Shown here one piece after another: positions 7,990 to 17,576 of a DNA stretch of 64,000 nucleotides. The position numbers were made by a program, and so were the translations under genes. Numbering within the stretch: position 1 is the first letter of the stretch; each line of letters starts with the position of its first letter. Below the pieces are notes generated by a model. That model searched no databases, was not told the DNA's origin, and saw only the letters and a program-made list of their open reading frames with translations. The stretch lies in NCBI GenBank assembly GCA_965223855.1, contig CBDCXM010000009.1:896001-960000 (forward strand), written 5' to 3'. Source of the stretch: Candidatus Multivoradales bacterium. Its GTDB lineage: Bacteria; Acidobacteriota; Thermoanaerobaculia; Multivoradales; JAHEKO01.

Positions 7990-10245
7990 ATGACGGGCAG
8001 ATGGATCGGAGGACGTGCACGAGGGCGGTCGGTCGGGCTTGTGGCTGTCGTGACGCTCGGCCTGCTGATCGCGGCCCCGGTCGGTGCAGGGGTCGACCTT
8101 CCTCACCCGGTGCTGTTCGTCACCCAGATGCCGATCCCGGCGGACTTCGCCACCATCGGCTCGGTGTTCGCCAACCACCGCGCCGACTTGCAATCGGTCG
8201 GGCGCGGCGGTGATCTCTACATCCGCTACGAGGACGGTGCGCTTCGCAACCTGACCGCCGAAGCGGGCTACGGCGAGAGCGGTTTCCAGGGTGCCAACGC
8301 GATCGCGGTGCGCGACCCGACGGTGCACTGGAGCGGCACGCGGGCGGTGTTCTCGATGGTGATCGGCGCCCCCGAGGAGCAGTTCGACTACGAGACCTAC
8401 TACTGGCAGCTCTACGAGGTCAGTGGCTTCGGGGTCGGCGAGACGGTGTCGATCAGCCGGGTCCCGAACCAGCCGGCGGCGAACAACAACATCTATCCGT
8501 TCTACGCCGAGGACGGAAGGATCCTCTTCGTCTCCGACCGGGCGCGTGACGGCTCGGGCCATCTCTATCCCAATCTCGACGAGTACGAATCGACGCCGAC
8601 CAACAGTGGGTTGTGGAGCCTCGACCCGGCGAGCGGCGAGTTGCGGCTCCTCGACCACGCGCCCTCGGGCGACTTCGACCCGTTCGTCGACAGCTTCGGC
8701 CGCATCCTCTTCACCCGCTGGGATCACCTGCAGCGCGACCAGCAGGCCGACGCCGACGCCGTCGGCGGGGGGAGCTACGGCACCTTCAACTGGTCGGGCG
8801 AAGGGCCGGGGGCGGTACCGCTCGACACGAGGGAGGAGGTCTTCCCCGAGCCGCGCCCTCAGCGCACCGACCTGCTCGACGGCACCAATCTCGAAGGGCA
8901 TCGCTTCAACCACTTCCTGCCGTGGCAGTTGGAGCTCGACGGCACCGGGCTCGAGATCCTCAACCACCTCGGGCGCCACGAGCTGCACTCCTACTTCAAC
9001 CGCTCGATCAACGACGACGGCAACGTCGTCGAGTTCATCGCCTCCGCCTCGGGCCGCACCAACCCGAACTCGATCGGCAACCTGCTGCAGCTCGCCGAGG
9101 ACCCGACGAGCGCGGGGCGCTACTTCGGCACCGACGCGCCGGAGTTCCAGACCCACGCCTCGGGGATGATCGTCTCCCTCGACGCGCCGCCGACGCTGCG
9201 CCCTGACCTGACGACGGTCACCTACGTCACCCATCCCGACACCGCGACCGTGGTGCCGGACGGCGACCCGGTGCCGCCGACCCACTCGGGCCACTACCGC
9301 GAGCCGATCGCACTCGACGACGGCACCCTGATCGCGGTCCACACGCCGGAGGCGCGCCGCGCCGCCAACGAAGGGTCGCGCCCCTTCCCGGTGCCGCGCT
9401 ACGACTTCCGGCTCAAGGTCGTCGATCGCTCCGGCACCTACGGGACGGCGGCGGCACCCCTGACCGGCGGGATCACGAAGACCCTCTCGTACTGGGACCC
9501 CGACGTTCTGGTGCAGTACTCGGGTGAGCTGTGGGAGCTCAACCCGGTCGAGGTGCGGCCGCGCACGGTGCCGCCCAGCCCGAGCTTCGAGCTGCCCGCA
9601 CCCGAGCAGGCGATCTTCGACCAGGAGGGGGTCGACGTTGCCTCCTTCCGCACCGGCATGGCGGCCGATGGGCTGGCGCTGGTAGTGGTGCGCAACGCGA
9701 CGACCCGTGACGCTCTCGACCGCCAGCAGCCGTTCAACCTGCGGGTGCCGGGTGGGGAGGAGACGCTCGGCGCCGCCGGCACGGTGTACGACGTCGCTCA
9801 CCTGCAGTTCTTCCAGGGCGATCTCATCCGCGGCATGGGCGGTATCGCCAGCCCCGATCCGGGACGTCGAGTGCTGGCACAGCCGATGCACGGGGTCGAC
9901 GCCAATCCGCCCAACCCGACCGGTCCCGAGGGCAGCGTCGCGGTGGCGCTCGACGGCTCGATCGCCGCGCTGGTGCCCGCCGAGCGGGCGCTCGCCTGGC
10001 AGCTCACCGATTCCTCCGGGGTGCCGGTGGTGCGGGAGCGCAACTGGCTGACCTTCCAGGCGGGCGAGATCCGCGTCTGCGACGGCTGCCACGGCGTCAA
10101 CGACGTCAATCAGGCCGGCGAGCCGCCGGCGTCGAACTCGCCGGAGGCGCTGCGCTCGCTGCTTCAGCAGGTGTCATTCGACACGATCTTCGCCGACGGC
10201 TTCGAGAGCGGCGACACCTCGGCGTGGCCGACGACCCGCCCCTGA
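7990..10245 (+). CDS. Secreted TolB-like propeller protein with hydrazine-synthase-alpha-like middle domain and one c-type heme motif
   Basis: Signal peptide; 'DPTVHWSGTRAVFSM', 'GRILFVSDR'; 'DGSIAALVPAERALAWQLTD..RERNWLTFQAGEIRVCDGCH'; C-terminal IFADGFESGDTSAW. Confidence 0.75.
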   Translation: MTGRWIGGRARGRSVGLVAVVTLGLLIAAPVGAGVDLPHPVLFVTQMPIPADFATIGSVFANHRADLQSVGRGGDLYIRYEDGALRNLTAEAGYGESGFQGANAIAVRDPTVHWSGTRAVFSMVIGAPEEQFDYETYYWQLYEVSGFGVGETVSISRVPNQPAANNNIYPFYAEDGRILFVSDRARDGSGHLYPNLDEYESTPTNSGLWSLDPASGELRLLDHAPSGDFDPFVDSFGRILFTRWDHLQRDQQADADAVGGGSYGTFNWSGEGPGAVPLDTREEVFPEPRPQRTDLLDGTNLEGHRFNHFLPWQLELDGTGLEILNHLGRHELHSYFNRSINDDGNVVEFIASASGRTNPNSIGNLLQLAEDPTSAGRYFGTDAPEFQTHASGMIVSLDAPPTLRPDLTTVTYVTHPDTATVVPDGDPVPPTHSGHYREPIALDDGTLIAVHTPEARRAANEGSRPFPVPRYDFRLKVVDRSGTYGTAAAPLTGGITKTLSYWDPDVLVQYSGELWELNPVEVRPRTVPPSPSFELPAPEQAIFDQEGVDVASFRTGMAADGLALVVVRNATTRDALDRQQPFNLRVPGGEETLGAAGTVYDVAHLQFFQGDLIRGMGGIASPDPGRRVLAQPMHGVDANPPNPTGPEGSVAVALDGSIAALVPAERALAWQLTDSSGVPVVRERNWLTFQAGEIRVCDGCHGVNDVNQAGEPPASNSPEALRSLLQQVSFDTIFADGFESGDTSAWPTTRP

Positions 10246-10253
10246 CGGGTCAC

Positions 10254-10910
10254 TCAGCGCGGTGAGCCAGCCCGCGTAGCCAGCCCAGCGAGCCAGCCGA
10301 CGAGCACCTCGGGCGCCGGGGCGGTGCGCGCAGCGGCCCAGGAGCCAGCGGCCGACTCGAGCTCGGCGGCCTGGCGCGGGCGGAGTTCGACCAGCGCGGC
10401 GTGCGCGGCGAGCGTCTCGTCGTAGCGTCCAAGATCGAGCAGCGTCAGCGTCCACGGGCCGATCAGCCCGTGGTCTTCGGGGGTCTGCTCGAGGGCGGTG
10501 CTCAGGACCGTGAGAGCCTCGTCCAGGCGACCCAGTCCCCGTAGCGCCACTCCACGCCCGGCGAGCGCCTCGTGCAGTTCGGGGGCGAGGGTCCAGGCGC
10601 GCTCGTAGGCGGCGAGGGAGCGTTCCCAGGCGGCGAGCCGCTTGCGCTCGATCCGCTCGCGGCGCTTCGCCGCGGTGACGCGGCTGTCGAGCTTCTCGGC
10701 CAGTGCCCGGTCGCGGCGCGCGGTGGCGAGGTGCTCGTTCGCCTCTTCGAGCGGCGAGGTTTCGATCGGCTCGAGGCGCCCGAAGCTCGGCGTCCGCTGC
10801 TGCGCCGGCCCGCGGGTCACCTGCGACTCGGCACTGGTCGCCGCCAGAACGATGGCCAGGACCGCACTCGTAACTAGGGTCGTTCGTCTCAACTCGGGGC
10901 GTTGCGCCAC
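10254..10910 (-). CDS. Exported TPR-repeat protein
   Basis: Signal-like N-terminus; TPR patterns 'AYERAWTLAPELHEALAGRGVALRGLGRLDEAL'. Confidence 0.7.
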   Translation of the reverse strand: MAQRPELRRTTLVTSAVLAIVLAATSAESQVTRGPAQQRTPSFGRLEPIETSPLEEANEHLATARRDRALAEKLDSRVTAAKRRERIERKRLAAWERSLAAYERAWTLAPELHEALAGRGVALRGLGRLDEALTVLSTALEQTPEDHGLIGPWTLTLLDLGRYDETLAAHAALVELRPRQAAELESAAGSWAAARTAPAPEVLVGWLAGLATRAGSPR

Positions 10911-10915
10911 CCGGC

Positions 10916-10961
10916 CAGATTAGCAGGGGGCACACTAGCAGGGGGCCAGACTGGCAGGGGG
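10916..10961. repeat. Three tandem 15-16 bp direct repeats, CA(G/C)A(T/C)T(A/G)GCAGGGGG, in a divergent intergenic region
   Basis: cagattagcaggggg / cacactagcaggggg / ccagactggcaggggg read directly. Confidence 0.85.
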
Positions 10962-10988
10962 TACCGCTGCCACCGCTATCATCGGCCG

Positions 10989-12512
10989 ATGAAGGATCCG
11001 CAGTCGCGTCCGGTCCGCTGGTGGCCTCTGGTCACGATCCTCGTCCTGTGGGCGATCGCGCTCGCCCTGACCTGGTGGACCGGCGATGCCACCGGACAGG
11101 AGCGGGTGACCAAGACCCTCGCCGCCACGCTGCTGGCGATCCTGCTCGGCGTGCTGTGGCTGCTGGCGCTCAGTCGCCTGCCGTGGCGGCGCCGGCTACT
11201 GACCTTCCTGGGTGTTGCCGCCGGCCTGTTCGTGCTGTCGCAGGGGCTCGAGTTCCGCGGGGTGAGCGGCGACCTGATGCCGATCCTCGAGTGGCGCTGG
11301 GGCGGCGGTGGCGTGGCACGCGGCGGCGATGAGGCGCTGGACGGGCAGCTCACCGACTACCCGCAGTTCCTCGGGCCGGGGCGCAACGCCACCGTGCCGG
11401 GGCCGTCGCTGTCGCGCAGCTGGGAAGTGCCGCCACGCGAGTTGTGGCGACGCCCGGTCGGCGAGGGGTGGTCGGCGTTCGCGATTGCCGGCGGCGTCGC
11501 CGTCACTCAGGAGCAACGCGAGAACGACGAGATCGTCTCGGCGTGGGAGCTCGAGAGCGGAGAACGGCTGTGGGAGCACGCGGACCCCGGGCGCTACGCG
11601 ACGGGCATCGGCGGTGTCGGGCCGCGCGCGACGCCGACGATCTTCGACGGGGTCGTCTATACGGTGGGAGCGACCGGTCGCGTCAACGCTCTCACCCTGG
11701 CGGAGGGACGGCTTCTGTGGACCGTCGATCTCGAAGCCGAGTACGGCAGGGCGACCCCGGAGTGGGGGCGCAGCGGGTCGCCCCTGGTCTACGACGACCT
11801 GGTGGTGGTCGCCGCCGGAGGCCGAGGGGGCACGATGGCCGCGTTCGACCGGGCGACCGGAGAGCCGCGTTGGAAGGGCGGCAGCGGAGGCGTGAGCTAC
11901 TCGTCTCCGCAACTGCTCGAGCTCGCCGGCCGCCGTCAGGTCGTGACCTTCAACCGCACCGCCGTGATCGGTCAGGATCCCCTCACCGGCGCCGAGTTGT
12001 GGTCGTTCCCGTGGCCGGTGACGCAGCCCAACGTCGCCATGCCGGTACCGGTCGGCACCGATCGCTTGCTCGTGTCGTCCGGCTACGGTACCGGCAGCAA
12101 GTTGCTGCGCCTCAGCCCCGCGGGATCGCAGTTCGAGGTCGCGGCGCTGTGGGAAAGCCCGCGCCTCAAAGCGAAGTTCACCAACGTCGTCCTTCACGCC
12201 GGCTCGATCTACGGGCTCGATGACGGTGTGCTGGTGTGTCTCGACCCCGAGACGGGGGAGCGTCGATGGAAGCGCGGCCGCTACGGCCACGGCCAGATGA
12301 TCCTCGTCGGCAACCTGCTGCTGGTGACTACGGAGAAGGGGGAGGTGGTGCTCGTGGAGCCGAATCCGGAGGAGCTGCGGGAACTCGGTCGCTTCACCGC
12401 CTTCGACGGCAAGACCTGGAATCCGCCCGCTCTCGCGGGGCGCTATCTGCTGGTTCGCAGCCACGAGGAGGCGGCCCTCTACGAGTTGCCGCTCGCCGAC
12501 GAGGGAGCCTGA
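10989..12512 (+). CDS. Membrane-anchored PQQ-binding-like (BamB-like) beta-propeller protein
   Basis: Three N-terminal TMs; 'DYPQFLGPGRN', 'ELWRRPVGEGWS', 'GPRATPT', 'SYSSP', 'KTWNPPAL'; ATG 6 nt after TATCAT. Confidence 0.85.
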   Translation: MKDPQSRPVRWWPLVTILVLWAIALALTWWTGDATGQERVTKTLAATLLAILLGVLWLLALSRLPWRRRLLTFLGVAAGLFVLSQGLEFRGVSGDLMPILEWRWGGGGVARGGDEALDGQLTDYPQFLGPGRNATVPGPSLSRSWEVPPRELWRRPVGEGWSAFAIAGGVAVTQEQRENDEIVSAWELESGERLWEHADPGRYATGIGGVGPRATPTIFDGVVYTVGATGRVNALTLAEGRLLWTVDLEAEYGRATPEWGRSGSPLVYDDLVVVAAGGRGGTMAAFDRATGEPRWKGGSGGVSYSSPQLLELAGRRQVVTFNRTAVIGQDPLTGAELWSFPWPVTQPNVAMPVPVGTDRLLVSSGYGTGSKLLRLSPAGSQFEVAALWESPRLKAKFTNVVLHAGSIYGLDDGVLVCLDPETGERRWKRGRYGHGQMILVGNLLLVTTEKGEVVLVEPNPEELRELGRFTAFDGKTWNPPALAGRYLLVRSHEEAALYELPLADEGA

Positions 12513-12567
12513 CTCGGGACCTCGCCGCGTGAGCAACCCGCTCCGTGGCGACCTGTAGACTCTCCGC

Positions 12568-13590
12568 ATGTTGAGCCTGAGCCGCTTTCGTCCCTTCAGC
12601 TTCGTCCTCATCGCCCTGCTCGCCGCCGGATGTGGTGGTGGCGGAGACTCCACGACCGCAGACGGCGAGGGCGCACCGGCGTCGCCCGAACGCAGGTTCC
12701 TGAGCCTCGGCACCGCCCCTCCGGGTGGCGCCTTCTTCGTCGTCGGCGGGGCGCTCGCGGAAGTGCTCAACGAAGCCGAAGGCACCGGCTGGCAGGTGAC
12801 GGCGGAGGCGACCAAGGGGACGCAGGAGAACCTGCGACGGCTCGCCTCGGGCGAGCTCGACTTCGCCCTCGCCAACGCGGCGATCAGCTATTTCGCGGTG
12901 CGCGGCGAGGAAGGGTGGGAGCAGCCGTACGACGTACGCGCGGTGATGACGCTCGCCCCCAACGTCGCGTTCTTCGTCTCGCCGCGCGATGCCGGGCTGA
13001 CCTCGGTCGCCGATCTCGCCGGCGAGCGGGTGGTCGTCGGGCCCGCAGGGGCGGGCTTCGAATTCTTCCTGCGGCCGATCCTCGGCGCCCACGGCGTCAC
13101 CTACGACGACTTCACGGCGCTCAACGGCACCCAGTCCGGGTCGGTCGATCTGCTGGCCGACGGCTCGGCGGCGGCGGCGATCCTCGGCGGCGCCGTGCCG
13201 ACGGCGTCGATCACTCAGGCGGCGAGCGGTCAGGACGTCGTCTTCCTGGAGTTCGACCCGGCGGCGCGCGCCTCACTCGTCGAGCAGTATCCGTTCTTCG
13301 CCCCGGTGACGGTTCCCGGGGGGACCTACCCGGGCCGCGACGACGATTTCGCCGGTCTCAACGTCGGCTCGATGCATCTCGTCACCGGCGCGGGGGTCGA
13401 CGAGGAGCTGGTCTACCAGGTGACGAAGTGGCTCTACGAGAACCGGGCACGGGTGGTCGAACGACACCCGGCCGGCCGCGCGATCAACGAGGCGAACGCC
13501 CCTCGCGACGTCGGCACCCCGTTCCATCCCGGGGCCGAGCGCTACTACCGCGAGGCCGGCCTGTGGCCCACGGCTGACAGCGGCGAATGA
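12568..13590 (+). CDS. TAXI-family TRAP transporter solute-binding lipoprotein
   Basis: Lipobox LAAGC; 'LGTAPPGGAFF', 'ATKGTQENL', 'PFHPGAERYYRE'. Confidence 0.92.
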   Translation: MLSLSRFRPFSFVLIALLAAGCGGGGDSTTADGEGAPASPERRFLSLGTAPPGGAFFVVGGALAEVLNEAEGTGWQVTAEATKGTQENLRRLASGELDFALANAAISYFAVRGEEGWEQPYDVRAVMTLAPNVAFFVSPRDAGLTSVADLAGERVVVGPAGAGFEFFLRPILGAHGVTYDDFTALNGTQSGSVDLLADGSAAAAILGGAVPTASITQAASGQDVVFLEFDPAARASLVEQYPFFAPVTVPGGTYPGRDDDFAGLNVGSMHLVTGAGVDEELVYQVTKWLYENRARVVERHPAGRAINEANAPRDVGTPFHPGAERYYREAGLWPTADSGE

Positions 13591-14684
13591 GCGCGCGGCC
13601 GAGCGCCCGGCCGAGCACCCAGCCGATCAGCCCTCCAGCGGCCGAGCTGTGGGCGCGCCTCGCCGCGTTCGTGCTGCCGCTCTTCGTCCTCGTCGAGGTC
13701 AACTACCCGATGCTGCGTCCCGAGACGCAGCTCGCGCTCTTCGCCGGCCTCGGTGTGGTGCTGGTGTTCGGTCGTCCCCGCCGGCAGCCGAAGGCATGGA
13801 CGATCTGGCTCGATCGGCTGCTGGCTCTCGGGGCGGCCGCCGTCTTCGGCTACGTCCTCGTCCAGAGCGAGCCGGCGTTCTCGGGATGGTGGCTTGGAGG
13901 CCGCTCGCTCGGTGAGCGCGCCGGGATCGAGCAGCCGCTCGACTTCGCGGTCGCGATCGTCGGCCTCCTGCTGGTGTTCGAGGGGGCACGTCGCACCGTC
14001 GGCTGGGCGCTGCCGCTGCTGGCGCTCGGTTTCCTCGCCTACGGCTTCTGGGGGGCGTCGCTCCCCGACTGGCTGTTGCCCCATCGGGGGTACGGGGTGG
14101 AGAGGCTGGTCGCGCAGACCTTCCTCCACAGCCAGGGGGTGTTCGGCATCGCGCTGCGGGTGATGTTCACCTACGTCTTCCTGTTCGTGCTGTTCGGCGC
14201 GCTGCTCGAGGCGACGGGGACGACGAAGGCGGTGGTGGCGCTCACCCGCCGGGTGTTCCGCGGCAGCGTCGGCGCGCCCGCCAAGGTGGCGGTCGTGTCG
14301 AGCGGCCTGCTCGGTTCGTTGTCGGGAAGCGCAGTGGCCAACACCGCGACTACCGGCACCTTCACCATCCCGATGATGCGCGGCGCGGGGTTCCGGCGCT
14401 CGATCGCCGGCGGCATCGAGGCGGCGGCGAGCTCGGGGGGAGCGCTGGTGCCGCCGGTGATGGGGGCGGGCGCCTACATGATGCTCGAGCTCGTCGAGCC
14501 GGCGGTGACCTATCTCGAGATCGTCCGGGCCGCGCTCCTGCCGGCGCTCCTCTACTACCTCTCCCTGTTGCTGCTGGTGCATCTTCAGGGGTTGCGCGAC
14601 GGTCTCGGCGCGTTCGGTGGCGAGGAGGCGTCGGCGTCGGGAGAGGAGAGCCCCACGGAGACGAACGGCGACGACGGCGAGTGA
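13587..14684 (+). CDS. TRAP 4TM/12TM fused permease, N-terminal part
   Basis: 'EGARRTVGWAL', 'PHRGY', 'PAKVAVVSSGLLGSLSGSAVAN..TGTFTIPMM', 'IEAAASSGG..PPVMGAGAYMM'. Confidence 0.88.
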   Translation: MSARPSARPSTQPISPPAAELWARLAAFVLPLFVLVEVNYPMLRPETQLALFAGLGVVLVFGRPRRQPKAWTIWLDRLLALGAAAVFGYVLVQSEPAFSGWWLGGRSLGERAGIEQPLDFAVAIVGLLLVFEGARRTVGWALPLLALGFLAYGFWGASLPDWLLPHRGYGVERLVAQTFLHSQGVFGIALRVMFTYVFLFVLFGALLEATGTTKAVVALTRRVFRGSVGAPAKVAVVSSGLLGSLSGSAVANTATTGTFTIPMMRGAGFRRSIAGGIEAAASSGGALVPPVMGAGAYMMLELVEPAVTYLEIVRAALLPALLYYLSLLLLVHLQGLRDGLGAFGGEEASASGEESPTETNGDDGE

Positions 14685-15616
14685 GGAACTCCGGGGGCGG
14701 CTCACGACTGCTGAGTGCGGAGATCGGCGTCTTCGTCGTCGGTCTCGGCCTCCTGCTGGTGCTGCTGCTCATGGGCTTCAGCGTCTTCCGGGCGGTGACG
14801 GGTGCGCTCGCGATCGCGCTGGTGGCGAGCGCACTTCATCCCCGCACCCGACTCTCGCCCGGCAAGCTGGCCTCGGTCTGCCGCCGTGCCGCGACCGCGA
14901 CCACGCCGCTCATCGCCGCCGCCTCCTGTGTCGGCGTCGTCATCGGCGTCGTCACCCTGACCGGCATCGGCACCCGGCTGCCGGCACTCATCCTGTCGCT
15001 GGCCGAAGGGCAGCTGCTCGCCGCGCTGGTGCTGATCATGGTCTCGTCGATCGTCCTCGGTATGGGGCTGCCGTCGGCGGTCTGCTACCTGCTGATGGCG
15101 ACTCTGGTCGGGCCGGCGCTCTCCGGCCTCGGGATCGTGCCGCTGGCGGCGCATCTCTTCATCTTCTACTTCGGCATGATGTCGATGGTCACGCCGCCGG
15201 TGGCGCTCGCCGCCTACACCGCGAGCTCGATCGCCGACTCGAAGCTGATGCCGACGAGTTTCGCGGCGCTGCGCTTCGCGCTCGTCGGCTTCGTGCTGCC
15301 GTTCCTGTTCGTCTTCCGGCCGGAGCTGCTGATGCTGGAGTCGGGAGGGGGGACGGCAGCGGCGACGGGCATCCTCGCCGCACTGGCGCTGGCGCTGGCC
15401 GGCGTGCTGCCGCTGGCGGGAGCCCTGGCGGGCTACTGGTGGGGGCGGATCGGCCTTCCGGTCCGGCTCGCGCTCGGGGCACTCGCCGCAGCGGTGCTCC
15501 TGCCGTCGGGCGCGGACGGCACTTCTTTCGGCTGGTGGAACGCCGTCGGCCTGGGTCTCCTGCTGGTTGCCGCTCTGTGGGGGTGGCTGCGGTCCCGTCG
15601 ACCCGCCGCGACCTGA
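14681..15616 (+). CDS. TRAP fused permease, C-terminal part (separate frame)
   Basis: 'IVLGMGLPS', 'AAHLFIFYFGMMSMVTPPVALAAY'; GTGA overlap with the N-terminal part. Confidence 0.85.
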   Translation: MRNSGGGSRLLSAEIGVFVVGLGLLLVLLLMGFSVFRAVTGALAIALVASALHPRTRLSPGKLASVCRRAATATTPLIAAASCVGVVIGVVTLTGIGTRLPALILSLAEGQLLAALVLIMVSSIVLGMGLPSAVCYLLMATLVGPALSGLGIVPLAAHLFIFYFGMMSMVTPPVALAAYTASSIADSKLMPTSFAALRFALVGFVLPFLFVFRPELLMLESGGGTAAATGILAALALALAGVLPLAGALAGYWWGRIGLPVRLALGALAAAVLLPSGADGTSFGWWNAVGLGLLLVAALWGWLRSRRPAAT

Positions 15617-16897
15617 TCAGGGGGCTTCGCCCTCGACCGCGGTGCCCGGTTCCTCAGCGGCCAGGTCCGCTGCGCCCGGTTCTTCCACGGCCTCCGCTCC
15701 GGCCTGCAGCGAGGCGGCGAGGCGGCGGCCCACCTCCCAGGTGGCGAAGGCGCCGCCGAAGAGCTCGCTGCCCGGCCCGTAGGCCATCAGCGGGACGTCC
15801 ACGGCGGTGTGGTCGCGCGTCGACCAGGATCCTCGAATCGCGTGCCAGCCCTGCCGCCCCTTGGTGAGGGAAAGCCCCCCGGTCTCGTGGTCGGAGGTGA
15901 AGACGAGGAGGGTGTTGCCGTCTCCGGCCGCGAAGTCGAGCAGTTGGGCCGCGACGGTCTCGATCGCCTCCAGTCCGCGCATCACGCGGGCGAAGTCGGA
16001 GCGATGCGAAGCCGAGTCGATCTCCTCGCTTTCGACCAGCAGCAGGAACGGGCGCTCTGCCGAGGCCATCCGGTCGAGCGCCACGGTCACGAGCTCGGGG
16101 AGGGTCGGCGTCGACTCCAGATCCTGAACCTGGTCTTCGTGGAACAGCCAGGCGATCGGCTCGCCCGCTCGGTTGGCTGCGGCGAGGTCCGCCGGGTCGA
16201 CCGCGACCACATAGCGCTTCGACAGAGTCGCCACGGTCGCCTCGACCTCCGGGACTTCCCCCTCGCCGACGTCCTCGAGCTCGCCGATCAGCACGTCGAG
16301 TGGTGCGGCTGCGAGCTGCTCGAGGATCTGCGCCGCCTCGTCCCGATCGGGCACGCGGGTCACGAAGGCGGCAGGGGTGGCGTCCCAGACGTAGGAGTCG
16401 GTGACGATGCCGGTGCGATAGCCGAGCGCGGTGGCGCGCTCGAAGAGCGTCGGGCGCTCCTCGCCCGAAGCCGCGAGCCCCACCGCACCCGGGTCGGCCG
16501 GCTCGCCGATCGACAGTGCCGTGGCGGCGGCGGCGGAGTCGGTAAAGGGGTAGCCGGCGGAGTGGGTGGCGTGCCATCCGGTCGCGGTGAAGCGGCGCCA
16601 CAGGTCGCGGCTCGGCGCCCCCTTCTCGATGCCGGCGGCGGCGAGATGGGCGAAGCCGAGGCCGTCGGCCACCATGACGATCACCGAGCGCGGGGCCAGG
16701 GCGGTGGTCGGGCCGAGGGCGGCGGGAGAAGCGGCGGCCCGGTCGAGCTCGGACTGTGCCATCGGCGGGGAGTGCGTGGACACACGAGTGAGACGAAAGC
16801 CGAGCATTCGGGAGAGGGCGAAGGCGACGAGCAGGAGTGCCACGGCGCCGATCAGGCCCGCGAGGAGAGGGCGGCCGGGAGATCTGCGGTGTGCCAT
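15617..16897 (-). CDS. Alkaline phosphatase (PhoA family)
   Basis: 'VADGLG', 'TDSAAAATA' (catalytic Ser), 'DATPAAF', 'EIDSASH', 'SDHETGG', 'DHTAVDVP'; start reassigned to ATG 16897. Confidence 0.9.
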   Translation of the reverse strand: MAHRRSPGRPLLAGLIGAVALLLVAFALSRMLGFRLTRVSTHSPPMAQSELDRAAASPAALGPTTALAPRSVIVMVADGLGFAHLAAAGIEKGAPSRDLWRRFTATGWHATHSAGYPFTDSAAAATALSIGEPADPGAVGLAASGEERPTLFERATALGYRTGIVTDSYVWDATPAAFVTRVPDRDEAAQILEQLAAAPLDVLIGELEDVGEGEVPEVEATVATLSKRYVVAVDPADLAAANRAGEPIAWLFHEDQVQDLESTPTLPELVTVALDRMASAERPFLLLVESEEIDSASHRSDFARVMRGLEAIETVAAQLLDFAAGDGNTLLVFTSDHETGGLSLTKGRQGWHAIRGSWSTRDHTAVDVPLMAYGPGSELFGGAFATWEVGRRLAASLQAGAEAVEEPGAADLAAEEPGTAVEGEAP

Positions 16898-17024
16898 GGC
16901 TGCGAGAATAGCTGTCCCACGCGGGCTTCGGGAGACGGCATGCTCACGAGCCGCGGAACCAACGGCCGACTTCCGGAGTCGGATACGCTGCGAGGCGACG
17001 ATGGGGGATCGCGAAGTGGTGACG

Positions 17025-17576
17025 ATGACGACAATCAGGCTCGGTGCTCGAGGCCTCCTCTTTGCCGCCCTCGTGAGCCTCGCGGCGCCGCTTGCGGCGC
17101 AGCGAGAGCCCGCGGAGCTTCCTCCCGAAGCCGCGCGACGGCTCGAGGCGATCGTCGGCAGTTGGGATTCCACCTGGCAGTGGCTCGGCCCAGACGGGGA
17201 GGTCGTGAGGACACTGGTCGGGACCGAGGAGGCGAGCTGGGCGATCGAAGGGAGGGTCGTCCTGCTGGCCACGGCGGTGCCGGAGGTCGGCAGCGAGAGC
17301 CGGTCGCTCATGTACTACAGCGAGATCGACGAGCGCTTCCACCTCGTGTCGGTGGATGCCCGCGGCGATCTGTGGCTGCTGTCGGGCGGGCTCGAGGCCT
17401 ACGTCATTACTTCGGAACCGAAGCCGCAGCCGGACGGCAGCGAGCTGACGATCCGCTTCACTCACGACGAAAGCGATCCCGACCGCTTCACCGCCGTGAT
17501 GGAGACGAGCAACGACGGAGGCCGGACCTGGCGCAAGGCCGTTCATCAGGAACTGGTTCGCAGGAAGGAAGGATGA
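17025..17576 (+). CDS. Exported DUF1579-like beta-barrel protein
   Basis: Signal peptide; 'LEAIVGSWD', 'ETSNDGGRTW'. Confidence 0.6.
   Translation: MTTIRLGARGLLFAALVSLAAPLAAQREPAELPPEAARRLEAIVGSWDSTWQWLGPDGEVVRTLVGTEEASWAIEGRVVLLATAVPEVGSESRSLMYYSEIDERFHLVSVDARGDLWLLSGGLEAYVITSEPKPQPDGSELTIRFTHDESDPDRFTAVMETSNDGGRTWRKAVHQELVRRKEG

Noticed and set aside
7990-10245. Anammox hydrazine synthase pathway
   Set aside because: Only an alpha-like domain with one CxxCH; no beta/gamma subunits or hao-like genes in the window
10916-10961. CRISPR-like array (also considered 50796-50870)
   Set aside because: Units are 15-16 bp, directly adjacent without unique spacers; no cas genes
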